Program-made: the position numbers and the translations under genes | NCBI GenBank assembly: GCA_977862235.1 | Contig: OZ374564.1 | Coordinates: 744,001 to 808,000, forward strand | Length of the DNA: 64,000 bases | From: Dudresnaya verticillata | Lineage: Eukaryota | Reading direction: 5' to 3' | The notes under the pieces: model-generated | Told to the model about the DNA's origin: nothing | The model's database searches: none | What the model saw: the letters and a program-made list of their open reading frames with translations, nothing else | Shown here: piece after piece, positions 11,123-23,237 of the stretch | How the letters are laid out: every line of letters begins with the position of its first letter | How positions within the stretch are numbered: position 1 is the stretch's first letter

Positions 11123-14100
11123 CGTCCAGTCGAACCGTATCCCGTATCGCCGTACAGACCAAGCTATTCCGTATGACGTACACCGGTCAGAATATGTCCA
11201 ACTATGTCGACCAGTACACGTCACTGTTCGCCCAACTCGACCGCATGGGCAACGACTCGGCGATACCGGAGACACATAAGGCACCTATGCTGCTTGCTTC
11301 CATTGATCCGTCCTGCCACCTGGAGTCAAAAGCTGCAGCTCTTCGCACCAAAGATGCTGCTGAGCTGACTTGGGACTACGTCGCAACCACGCTGATCGAT
11401 GAGTACAACGCCAAAGATTCTCATGGATCAAACGCAGGTGGGAGATCCAGTAAGTCGAAGAGTCGTCGGAAGAAGAAAAAGAAGTCCGCGTCGTCAGGTT
11501 CTCGCCAGCAACACAACCCGCTGGATGACAACGACGACTCCGATGACTCTTCTGATATTGAATCCACCGTCCGTGCGTTGGCGGTTGCACTCAAGTCCGC
11601 CAAGCAGGCTCACTCCACCCCGAACCGGCACCTTCACTGTGATGTTTGCGACAAGGATGGACACACCGCGGATCGATGCTATCTAAATCCGGAAAATCCT
11701 AACAACAAGCTTCCTCCAAAGGTGCGACAGATGTTCACCAACCAGGGCAAAAAGGGCAACGCCAACTCGGCGGTAGCTGCATCTGGTAAGAATAATGGTA
11801 AATCTGCAAAGGTAGAAATCGCCGGTGCATCGGTTGAGATGACTACTGTTGTTCCTCCGAACGACCAAGGAACGTATGCCGACAGTGGAGCAACTGTGCA
11901 TTGCTTCCACTCAATGACTTCTTTTGTACCGAGCTCAGTATCGCGCTGCGAAAAGCGTACTGTAGTGCTTGCGGACAAGTCGTCTGGCACCTCAGACCTA
12001 TGTGGAGATGTGATTCTGCCGTTTGAGCATGCCAATATTCGGCTCAAGAAGGCCCTCTTCATCCCGCAGATGGGATACAATCTTTTCTCTACTGGGCGTT
12101 TGGCAGATAAAGGAATTGAATCCCACTTTCGCCGCTTGGACGTGCGCTTGGTACTCGACTCTAATGGGTACTATATTGGATCCGGTGTTCGCGATGCGAG
12201 TTCTGGAATGTACATGCTACCAGAACCCGAGCTGCACACTTCGGAGGAGCAAGTACTGGCTGTCCCCAGCACGCAGCAAACTACTGAGCTCTGGCATCGA
12301 CGTCTTGCCCACATTAATTTTCGGGACTTGGCCAAAGTGCACGAGCATGTTGAGAGTGTTCCGGAGTTGGGCTCCACTCATGAAGTGTGTCGGGCTTGTA
12401 GACTTGGGAAAGCACACAAACAATCATTCCCAGGGCACTTCCGCCTGGCCAAAGCTGTCGGTGATCTCGTGCATTCCGACATTGTGGGTCCAATCCAGAT
12501 CTCCTTTCCCGATCGTTTCCGGTATGCCACGACGTTTCTGGATGACAAATCCCGTTTCTTGGTCGTCGCATGTATGAGAAGTCGCCGTATGTTGAGTGCA
12601 GCATTTGATCAAGCTTCAGCAAAGTTTATCGAGCTTGGAGGAGCAGAAATAACAAAACTCCACTCAGACGGGGCTCAGGAGTATTTGGCTTTGCAGAAAG
12701 ATTTGGGAGGAGTTGGAGACAGTGGCAAATCCTTCTCCCCACCTTATACTCCGGAGCTCAATGGAATCGCGGAAAGGGTGAACCGAACCATGGTGGAAGC
12801 TGCCCTGACTTTGCTGATCCAGGCTGATCTACCGGGATGTTTGTGGCCGTTTGCACTGAAGCATGTCAACTACGTGCGCAATCGGGTACCACACTCAACC
12901 GTTGGGGCTACGCCATACTCGTTCATGACAGGTGATGTTCCTGTTTTAAAACATTTAAGAGTGTTTGGATGTGCTGCATATGTCCTAAGGCTCCCACGCG
13001 GATCCAACTTCGAGTCTCGTGCACTTGAGGGGGTGCACTTGGAGACTCTAGAGCATGGGATCTACAGGATATTGGTCACTGGCGGTGACGGTATACCTCG
13101 TGTGGTTGAGTCGCGGCATGTCACATTCGACGAGTCCAAATTCCCGGGTGCTCCAAGCCTGTTGGAATATGGGCAGGACGAGGCAGATTCGGATGAAGAT
13201 TACGAGTCTAACTCAGAGGCCTCTATTTTCAACTCGGACTCTGATGACGATGTGTCGCTGGGTAACTTTGAGGATGAAGAGGATGCAATTGAAGTTGACA
13301 CACCTTCTTCACCTCCACTACCTCCATCAGAACCCAGCTCATTCGAATCTGATGACACGGCTGAGGAAGAAAACGTCTCTGACAATCCTCCGGCTGGTGT
13401 GAGTTCAGATCCAGAACGCCAGCAACAGAGTCGATATCCTCGTCGCCAACGTCGCCAGACGTCGAAATGGTTTATGGCAAGCTCTGCACAAGCTGAACAA
13501 CAGGTTGCCCTCACAACGGGAGATGAGCCCACTCTTCGAGAGGCCATGTCTGCCACTCCGGAGGAGCGCGGGTTGTGGCAATCTGCCATTGATGATGAGT
13601 TCGCATCCTTGGAATCCAAAGGCACTTGGGTCCGTGATGACAGTCCCGGTGCACAGCCGCTTCCAACGCACGCCGTGCTGAAAGTTAAACGCAAGTCCGA
13701 CGGGACGGTCGAGCGCTTCAAAGCGCGGGTCGTCGCTGGTGGAAACTTCCAGACGTATGGTGAAGACTACATGGAAACATACGCCCCAGTTGTGTCGTTC
13801 TCGCTGGTGCGCATGTTCCTATACTTGGTACTGTGTTTGAACCTGTTTGTTGCACAGCTAGACGTGAAGACGGCTTTCCTGAATGGTGATCTGGCAGAAC
13901 ACGTGTGGGTAATGTCACCGCGTGGGATTCCTGGAAGGGAATCTCTCTGTTACAAACTTCTGAAGGCTATGTATGGGCTAAAACAGGCTCACCTAGCTTG
14001 GCACACCAAGCTGTGTGGTGACCTTGCTAGGATGATGTTTGAGGAATTGCCAAGTGCACCTTGCGTGTTTCGTCGCAAATCCAAGTCTTCTGGATACGCA

Positions 14101-15099
14101 CACATCTTGGTGTACGTTGATGACTTGCTCATCCTCGCACCCACAAAGGCGGAGAGAGACGCCATTGTTAAGGAACTGCAGGGCCTCTACGATCTACGGC
14201 TGTCTGAAGGGGTTGACCTCTTCCTCGGAGTCGAGCTTGGATGGAAGCTAGACTCTGATGGCAGATTTGTGTCCCTCAAGATGACTCAACAGGTCTACAC
14301 GGAAAGTGTTCTTCGTCGATTTGGACTTCAGAACTCTAAGCCGGCTTGTACGCCGATGGTTGAGTCTTTCTTCACTGGACTTGCCGCCGAAGAGGACAAG
14401 GCCGTCGTGTCGGTTGAGACGTACCAGCAGATGATCGGGTCACTTCTGTACTTGGGGCTTCGCACAAGGCTGGACATTTTGGCCTCTGTGCTTATCCTCG
14501 CACGGTTCCAGAAGGCTCCAACTGCGTACTGTCACCGTGGTGTAAAGAGGGTTCTGCGATATCTTCGAGGCACTCACAAGCATGGAGTTACGTACCAGTC
14601 CGGAACCACTCGTATCCAAGCTTATGTGGACGCTGACTATGCCGGTGACACCACAGACCGAAAATCTATGTCTGGTTACATGGTGAAACTGGGAGATGCA
14701 GTGTGTATTTGGGGATCCAAGAAGCAGTCAACTGTTGCTCTCTCAACTTGCGAGTCGGAGTACTATGCAATGACTCTGGCTGCGAAAGAGACGGTTTGGG
14801 TCTCGCGAGTGCTGAAGGAGGCCGACTTGAACGTCGAAGGTCCGGTTCCATTGAGATCAGACAACCAGTCTGCCATCAATTGGGCTACTGGAGAACGCTG
14901 TCCGTCTGGTCGTGCCAAGCACATCGACGTTCGTGTACACTTCATTCGCGAACTTGTCGCCGACTCTGTTCTGGAAGTGGTGTATGTGCCGTCAGAAGAC
15001 AACGACGCGGACTTGCTGACAAAGCCACTCGGGCCCACTTTGCTCAATAGGATTCTACCAAGGGTTGGACTTGGAGGAGCCATCGAGGAGGAGTGTTGA
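11123..15099 (+). CDS. gag-pol: N-terminally truncated Copia Gag-Pol, tandem unit 1 (open frame; first ATG at 11173)
   Basis: Lacks the PBS, leader and about the first 115 Gag codons; otherwise uninterrupted and in frame with the U5 end of the upstream LTR. Confidence 0.9.
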
Positions 15100-16077
15100 G
15101 GACATGGTCGCTGGCGCCTCACGTCACGGGTCAGGTACCCCAGATGGTACCCTGGCACGCTTTCACGAAACCTTCCGGAGACGACAGCCCTTTTTCCGGG
15201 CTTCCGAAATCACGGCGCATTTAGGCCTTTTGCAAAAGCAACGTGAAACGGGCTTCTGATTGGTTGTTACAAACCGCCTCCATGGTCTATATGGGTTACA
15301 AGTGTTGTGCTGGAATTGGCGGTTATAACAGGAACGGCCAAGTGGAACGATCTGATTGGACCACATGGATGCACGTGGTATGGCATGGAATGGTACTGGT
15401 ATGACGCGCACTGTACTCCACAAGTACATATGAACGTGCCATGCAATGTGCTGATGGCGTCTGAGTTGGTACTGCAGGGACTTGCGCTACGTGGAGCCTG
15501 GCTTGTGAGATCAGCAGATGCAGTTGTCGTCACGTTGGTTTACAGTTGCCACGTAGGTGTCGTGCGGCCGACACGTTGGTTTACAGCTGCCACGTAGGCA
15601 AATCTGGGTGATTACGTGGTCAATGATCCAAGTTGGATATTCATGGACGGACTTCAGCTCGTAAGTGCGGCCACGTGGTATGCAGTGTTGTCCGACAGCA
15701 GCCATGCGGGGACACTCGATACTTTCGAGTTCCCGCCCAAAGTTGGAGTGCATATGGATGGCAGGAAATGCGGTCGCAAGAGGGATTGCTGATGTCAGCA
15801 GTTAGTAACACTGGTGTGCAAGTTCCCGCCCATTTTGGTGGCGGATGTGAGTGTGCTGAGAGTATGATTTGGTAGATTTAATTGCTTTACTTTTTCCCGC
15901 CCATTTGATGATAGGGATTTTGGGCGTTTCTTTAATGATTTGTTTTGTTTGTGTTCACGCAGCAACTCATCCGAAAAGCTGATATAAGCCATGTCGGATG
16001 GTCGACTGCAGTAAACGAAGTTAAGCGACTTCCATTTCTCATCTTGTTCAACTCCAACCTCTCCATATTCCTTTTCA
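15094..16077 (+). repeat. Copia LTR 4 (984 bp), recombinant junction LTR
   Basis: 5' part has LTR2/LTR5-type variants (TTCACGAAAC, short array). 3' part has LTR3-type variants (GAGTGCATATGG, CTTTTCA) and the same CGTCC flank. Confidence 0.92.
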
Positions 16078-19000
16078 CGTCCAGTCGAACCGTATCCCGT
16101 ATCGCCGTACAGACCAAGCTATTCCGTATGACGTACACCGGTCAGAATATGTCCAACTATGTCGACCAGTACACGTCACTGTTCGCCCAACTCGACCGCA
16201 TGGGCAACGACTCGGCGATACCGGAGACACATAAGGCACCTATGCTGCTTGCTTCCATTGATCCGTCCTGCCACCTGGAGTCAAAAGCTGCAGCTCTTCG
16301 CACCAAAGATGCTGCTGAGCTGACTTGGGACTACGTCGCAACCACGCTGATCGATGAGTACAACGCCAAAGATTCTCATGGATCAAACGCAGGTGGGAGA
16401 TCCAGTAAGTCGAAGAGTCGTCGGAAGAAGAAAAAGAAGTCCGCGTCGTCAGGTTCTCGCCAGCAACACAACCCGCTGGATGACAACGACGACTCCGATG
16501 ACTCTTCTGATATTGAATCCACCGTCCGTGCGTTGGCGGTTGCACTCAAGTCCGCCAAGCAGGCTCACTCCACCCCGAACCGGCACCTTCACTGTGATGT
16601 TTGCGACAAGGATGGACACACCGCGGATCGATGCTATCTAAATCCGGAAAATCCTAACAACAAGCTTCCTCCAAAGGTGCGACAGATGTTCACCAACCAG
16701 GGCAAAAAGGGCAACGCCAACTCGGCGGTAGCTGCATCTGGTAAGAATAATGGTAAATCTGCAAAGGTAGAAATCGCCGGTGCATCGGTTGAGATGACTA
16801 CTGTTGTTCCTCCGAACGACCAAGGAACGTATGCCGACAGTGGAGCAACTGTGCATTGCTTCCACTCAATGACTTCTTTTGTACCGAGCTCAGTATCGCG
16901 CTGCGAAAAGCGTACTGTAGTGCTTGCGGACAAGTCGTCTGTCACCTCAGACCTATGTGGAGATGTGATTCTGCCGTTTGAGCATGCCAATATTCGGCTC
17001 AAGAAGGCCCTCTTCATCCCGCAGATGGGATACAATCTTGTCTCTACTGGGCGTTTGGCAGATAAAGGAATTGAATCCCACTTTCGCCGCTTGGACGTGC
17101 GCTTGGTACTCGACTCTAATGGGTACTATATTGGATCCGGTGTTCGCGATGCGAGTTCTGGAATGTACATGCTACCAGAACCCGAGCTGCACACTTCGGA
17201 GGAGCAAGTACTGGCTGTCCCCAGCACGCAGCAAACTACTGAGCTCTGGCATCGACGTCTTGCCCACATTAATTTTCGGGACTTGGCCAAAGTGCACGAG
17301 CATGTTGAGGGTGTTCCGGAGTTGGGCTCCACTCATGAAGTGTGTCGGGCTTGTAGACTTGGGAAAGCACACAAACAATCATTCCCAGGGCACTTCCGCC
17401 TGGCCAAAGCTGTCGGTGATCTCGTGCATTCCGACATTGTGGGTCCAATCCAGATCTCCTTTCCCGATCGTTTCCGGTATGCCACGACGTTTCTGGATGA
17501 CAAATCCCGTTTCTTGGTCGTCGCATGTATGAGAAGTCGCCGTATGTTGAGTGCAGCATTTGATCAAGCTTCAGCAAAGTTTATCGAGCTTGGAGGAGCA
17601 GAAATAACAAAACTCCACTCAGACGGGGCTCAGGAGTATTTGGCTTTGCAGAAAGATTTGGGAGGAGTTGGAGACAGTGGCAAATCCTTCTCCCCACCTT
17701 ATACTCCGGAGCTCAATGGAATCGCGGAAAGGGTGAACCGAACCATGGTGGAAGCTGCCCTGACTTTGCTGATCCAGGCTGATCTACCGGGATGTTTGTG
17801 GCCGTTTGCACTGAAGCATGTCAACTACGTGCGCAATCGGGTACCACACTCAACCGTTGGGGCTACGCCATACTCGTTCATGACAGGTGATGTTCCTGTT
17901 TTAAAACATTTAAGAGTGTTTGGATGTGCTGCATATGTCCTAAGGCTCCCACGCGGATCCAACTTCGAGTCTCGTGCACTTGAGGGGGTGCACTTGGAGA
18001 CTCTAGAGCATGGGATCTACAGGATATTGGTCACTGGCGGTGACGGTATACCTCGTGTGGTTGAGTCGCGGCATGTCACATTCGACGAGTCCAAATTCCC
18101 GGGTGCTCCAAGCCTGTTGGAATATGGGCAGGACGAGGCAGATTCGGATGAAGATTACGAGTCTAACTCAGAGGCCTCTATTTTCAACTCGGACTCTGAT
18201 GACGATGTGTCGCTGGGTAACTTTGAGGATGAAGAGGATGCAATTGAAGTTGACACACCTTCTTCACCTCCACTACCTCCATCAGAACCCAGCTCATTCG
18301 AATCTGATGACACGGCTGAGGAAGAAAACGTCTCTGACAATCCTCCGGCTGGTGTGAGTTCAGATCCAGAACGCCAGCAACAGAGTCGATATCCTCGTCG
18401 CCAACGTCGCCAGACGTCGAAATGGTTTATGGCAAGCTCTGCACAAGCTGAACAACAGGTTGCCCTCACAACGGGAGATGAGCCCACTCTTCGAGAGGCC
18501 ATGTCTGCCACTCCGGAGGAGCGCGGGTTGTGGCAATCTGCCATTGATGATGAGTTCGCATCCTTGGAATCCAAAGGCACTTGGGTCCGTGATGACAGTC
18601 CCGGTGCACAGCCGCTTCCAACGCACGCCGTGCTGAAAGTTAAACGCAAGTCCGACGGGACGGTCGAGCGCTTCAAAGCGCGGGTCGTCGCTGGTGGAAA
18701 CTTCCAGACGTATGGTGAAGACTACATGGAAACATACGCCCCAGTTGTGTCGTTCTCGCTGGTGCGCATGTTCCTATACTTGGTACTGTGTTTGAACCTG
18801 TTTGTTGCACAGCTAGACGTGAAGACGGCTTTCCTGAATGGTGATCTGGCAGAACACGTGTGGGTAATGTCACCGCGTGGGATTCCTGGAAGGGAATCTC
18901 TCTGTTACAAACTTCTGAAGGCTATGTATGGGCTAAAACAGGCTCACCTAGCTTGGCACACCAAGCTGTGTGGTGACCTTGCTAGGATGATGTTTGAGGA

Positions 19001-20054
19001 ATTGCCAAGTGCACCTTGCGTGTTTCGTCGCAAATCCAAGTCTTCTGGATACGCACACATCTTGGTGTACGTTGATGACTTGCTCATCCTCGCACCCACA
19101 AAGGCGGAGAGAGACGCCATTGTTAAGGAACTGCAGGGCCTCTACGATCTACGGCTGTCTGAAGGGGTTGACCTCTTCCTCGGAGTCGAGCTTGGATGGA
19201 AGCTAGACTCTGATGGCAGATTTGTGTCCCTCAAGATGACTCAACAGGTCTACACGGAAAGTGTTCTTCGTCGATTTGGACTTCAGAACTCTAAGCCGGC
19301 TTGTACGCCGATGGTTGAGTCTTTCTTCACTGGACTTGCCGCCGAAGAGGACAAGGCCGTCGTGTCGGTTGAGACGTACCAGCAGATGATCGGGTCACTT
19401 CTGTACTTGGGGCTTCGCACAAGGCTGGACATTTTGGCCTCTGTGCTTATCCTCGCACGGTTCCAGAAGGCTCCAACTGCGTACTGTCACCGTGGTGTAA
19501 AGAGGGTTCTGCGATATCTTCGAGGCACTCACAAGCATGGAGTTACGTACCAGTCCGGAACCACTCGTATCCAAGCTTATGTGGACGCTGACTATGCCGG
19601 TGACACCACAGACCGAAAATCTATGTCTGGTTACATGGTGAAACTGGGAGATGCAGTGTGTATTTGGGGATCCAAGAAGCAGTCAACTGTTGCTCTCTCA
19701 ACTTGCGAGTCGGAGTACTATGCAATGACTCTGGCTGCGAAAGAGACGGTTTGGGTCTCGCGAGTGCTGAAGGAGGCCGACTTGAACGTCGAAGGTCCGG
19801 TTCCATTGAGATCAGACAACCAGTCTGCCATCAATTGGGCTACTGGAGAACGCTGTCCGTCTGGTCGTGCCAAGCACATCGACGTTCGTGTACACTTCAT
19901 TCGCGAACTTGTCGCCGACTCTGTTCTGGAAGTGGTGTATGTGCCGTCAGAAGACAACGACGCGGACTTGCTGACAAAGCCACTCGGGCCCACTTTGCTC
20001 AATAGGATTCTACCAAGGGTTGGACTTGGAGGAGCCATCGAGGAGGAGTGTTGA
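16078..20054 (+). CDS. gag-pol: N-terminally truncated Copia Gag-Pol, tandem unit 2 (first ATG at 16128)
   Basis: Repeat of 11123-15099 at a period of 4955 bp, with a few substitutions (SSGTS/SSVTS, NLFS/NLVS, VESV/VEGV). Confidence 0.9.
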
Positions 20055-21032
20055 GGACATGGTCGCTGGCGCCTCACGTCACGGGTCAGGTACCCCAGAT
20101 GGTACCCTGGCACGCTTTCACGAAACCTTCCGGAGACGACAGCCCTTTTTCCGGGCTTCCGAAATCACGGCGCATTTAGGCCTTTTGCAAAAGCAACGTG
20201 AAACGGGCTTCTGATTGGTTGTTACAAACCGCCTCCATGGTCTATATGGCTTACAAGTGTTGTGCTGGAATTGGCGGTTATAACAGGAACGGCCAAGTGG
20301 AACGATCTGATTGGACCACATGGATGCACGTGGTATGGCATGGAATGGTACTGGTATGACGCGCACTGTACTCCACAAGTACATATGAACGTGCCATGCA
20401 ATGTGCTGATGGCGTCTGAGTTGGTACTGCAGGGACTTGCGCTACGTGGAGCCTGGCTTGTGAGATCAGCAGATGCAGTTGTCGTCACGTTGGTTTACAG
20501 TTGCCACGTAGGTGTCGTGCGGCCGACACGTTGGTTTACAGCTGCCACGTAGGCAAATCTGGGTGATTACGTGGTCAATGATCCAAGTTGGATATTCTTG
20601 GACGGACTTCAGCTCGTAAGTGCGGCCACGTGGTATGCAGTGTTGTCCGACAGCAGCCATGCGGGGACACTCGATACTTTCGAGTTCCCGCCCAAAGTTG
20701 GAGTACATATGGATGGCAGGAAATGCGGTCGCAAGAGGGATTGCTGATGTCAGCAGTTAGCAACACTGGTGTGCAAGTTCCCGCCCATTTTGGTGGCGGA
20801 TGTGAGTGTGCTGAGAGTATGATTTGGTAGATTTAATTGCTTTACTTTTTCCCGCCCATTTGATGATAGGGATTTTGGGCGTTTCTTTAATGATTTGTTT
20901 TGTTTGTGTTCACGCAGCAACTCATCCGAAAAGCTGATATAAGCCATGTCGGATGGTCGACTGCAGTAAACGAAGTCAAGCGACTTCCATTTCTCATCTT
21001 GTTCAACTCCAACCTCTCCATAATCCTTTTCA
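20049..21032 (+). repeat. Copia LTR 5 (984 bp)
   Basis: Follows the PPT; ends ...TAATCCTTTTCA; flanked on the right by Gypsy A LTR sequence. Confidence 0.93.
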
Positions 21033-21315
21033 TGGGCAAAGTGACTTACCCTAAGCCTTACCCTCATACTCCTTTACGGTTTCCCCTCGCCAGCCCCGTG
21101 CACGGATTCCTCCTACCTCCGTCCCGGTGTAGCTGCCCTGGCACTGTACCGTCCCCCTTGTCTGTTGCGTCCCTTTACTCCTTACAGGTGTTGCCGCTCG
21201 AGGTACTCCCTTCGGTCTACGAACTAAGCTCTACCACCCCGGTGCCCGTGTGAGATCACTCCTTATTGGGATTGCCTGATCAGCTCTCCTTACAGGTGTG
21301 CCTTTCACTTCATCA
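21033..21315 (+). repeat. 3' half of the Gypsy A 3' LTR
   Basis: Near-identical to about 1917-2198, with scattered substitutions. Confidence 0.85.
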
Positions 21316-21317
21316 AA

Positions 21318-21887
21318 CTTTTCCAGACGCTCATCATAACGTTCATGTAAGTGCACCGTCAAGAATGACGGAGTGTATCTCCTGGCGAAGCTGTTGGTCC
21401 CTAATCAGAGCCGTGGTGGACATCTTGACTTCACCTCGCCAAACTGGTTCTTCCCCTCTTGTTGCCACTCGGCCGTACGTCGCTTATACTGGTAGAACTC
21501 TTGCCGACCCAACCAGACGTCGTGTTCTGGCTGGGAATCATCATAAAGCGGGGGCGGACGAAGATTAGCAGGAGCGGCCAGTGGAGTCATCGGTGGCGCT
21601 GTGGCCGCCGGTGGCGTGCGAAACGGCGAGACCGGAGGGGCTGTCTGCGGTGCTACCTCATTACGGACGGCACCTGCCGTGGAAGAAGACCCTGCTCGTC
21701 CAAATGTCGAAGAAATGAACTGGCGAGTCGATAACGGGACCGGAGGGGCTGGTGGTGGCCCCGACAACGGTGGATACAGGCCAGGAGCAGGTGCTGGGCC
21801 TATAGGAGCGCCCAACGTAGAGGGAGGCGGAGCCGAGCTTTGTACGGGCTGCGGTTGTCCGCCTACCGGTGAAGAAGAAGAAGACAT
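21318..21887 (-). pseudogene. gag: Gypsy element B gag-like ORF, proximal half
   Basis: Starts MSSSSSPVGG downstream of LTR B and its PBS. After one TGA it reads LGTNSF...YDERLEK and continues in frame into LAPIGG at 1680. Confidence 0.7.
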
Positions 21888-22344
21888 GACGAAGTACGTC
21901 GGAGACTGATTGGCCAGATACTTCTAGCGATTGGAGGCCACCCCCTGGCAGACGTGTGCAAAGTGGCCTTCCCGGGAACCACACTGTCGTGTGCAAAACA
22001 CAGGGGTGGGAACGGACGATTCCGAGCTACTAGTCCCTATACCAAGGGCCGGACACTGCCGTGTGCAAAGCTCCCTGTGCTGGGAACGAAGCAGCGGGTG
22101 TGCAAAGTGGCCAACCTGGGAACGAGCCAAGCGACGGGTATCTGGCCTGTGACCTATACTGTGGCCACAGAACCGGGTTGAAGTAGACTGACAATCAAAT
22201 TGCGAAACCAGGTAGTTACTAACCCGCAATCTGCAACTTGCGGGGTTTGGCCACCACAGTAGCAAGGAAGAAACTGGCCGTCGTCGGCTACGGCCAGCTA
22301 CTCGAGTCTTCTAACGGCGAAATAGGCCGAACTCACAACTGATC

Positions 22345-22362
22345 TTCTAGGTCGGGAGACCA
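22345..22362 (-). promoter_or_regulatory. PBS of Gypsy element B (probably tRNA-Tyr)
   Basis: Minus strand reads TACTACA-C-TGGTCTCCCGACCTAGAA. Confidence 0.75.
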
Positions 22363-22363
22363 G

Positions 22364-22913
22364 TGTAGTATCTCTAGAGCACCACCGAGTGCGGCGGCCA
22401 AACGAGACCCCAAGAAGACCAAAAATGTGGTGTACTGAAAACCCACGAACTCCGAGACGGACAGCTGGCCTGACTTTCCTTAACGGACGAGAGCAACACT
22501 ACCTCCACGGGGTGGTAGAGCAGTTCGCACCGAGACGGGTGAACAGCGAGCGGCTAACCGAGACGGATATTGGGAAGCAACAGACAAGGGGTGTTACAAT
22601 TGCCGGGACGGATTCCGTAACGGTGGTGGTGGTAGACCGCACGGGCTCGGCGCGGGGAAAACCGTTAAGGATTGGGCTAAGGTTGCTTACCCGTTGACCT
22701 TAGGAGCCGCTGCGGTGCCGCCCTGATATGCAAGTCAGGGTGGCACCGAGCGGTCCGGTCCGTGGGGGCCAGACCCTAGTGGTCTGGACCCATGGTGGAA
22801 TCGGCCCTGCTGGTCCCAATCTCCGACACGGACATGCGCAGCATTCCCATTGGCTGGCGGGCTACTCTAAACACTGTACAGATACGCACTAAAAATAAAG
22901 GATAAATACTACA
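22364..22913 (-). repeat. 5' LTR of Gypsy element B (550 bp)
   Basis: TGTAGTA...TACTACA inverted termini; adjacent PBS; homologous to LTR A. Confidence 0.8.
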
Positions 22914-23098
22914 AATTCTCCGCTACGGTGGGTGCGCTACACTGCTGTTCAGCAATGCGTACCAGCGTACAGCAATGCGCACAACATCCGACACGGTTAC
23001 ACGTTGCCAGATCATCAGCGTGGCGTATTGCCACATCACCCGTTACGGTTGGCTCGCCGTCGGCGTGCCGCATGCGCGCCACGGCTCCCTTCACCACA
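22914..23098 (-). repeat. Start of the 3' LTR of Gypsy-type element E (cut by insertion of B)
   Basis: Minus strand reads TTAAGGAGAGGGGTC (PPT, 23099-23113) then TGTGGTGAAGGG, the same TGTGGTG start as LTRs C and D. Confidence 0.65.
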
Positions 23099-23237
23099 GA
23101 CCCCTCTCCTTAAATGGCGCCACGTCCTCGGGCGCGCACCGTTGGGGATCACTATCGCTTCCCCACCCACGAACACACACAACCGATACGGAAGTGTTCT
23201 CATCAGTCCCTTCCCCTTCGTGCGCGCTTCTCCCACC

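Noticed and set aside
2611..21037. Single Copia insertion spanning 2616-21032
   Set aside because: Flanks CAGAC and TGGGC do not form a TSD; it is a composite of several events.
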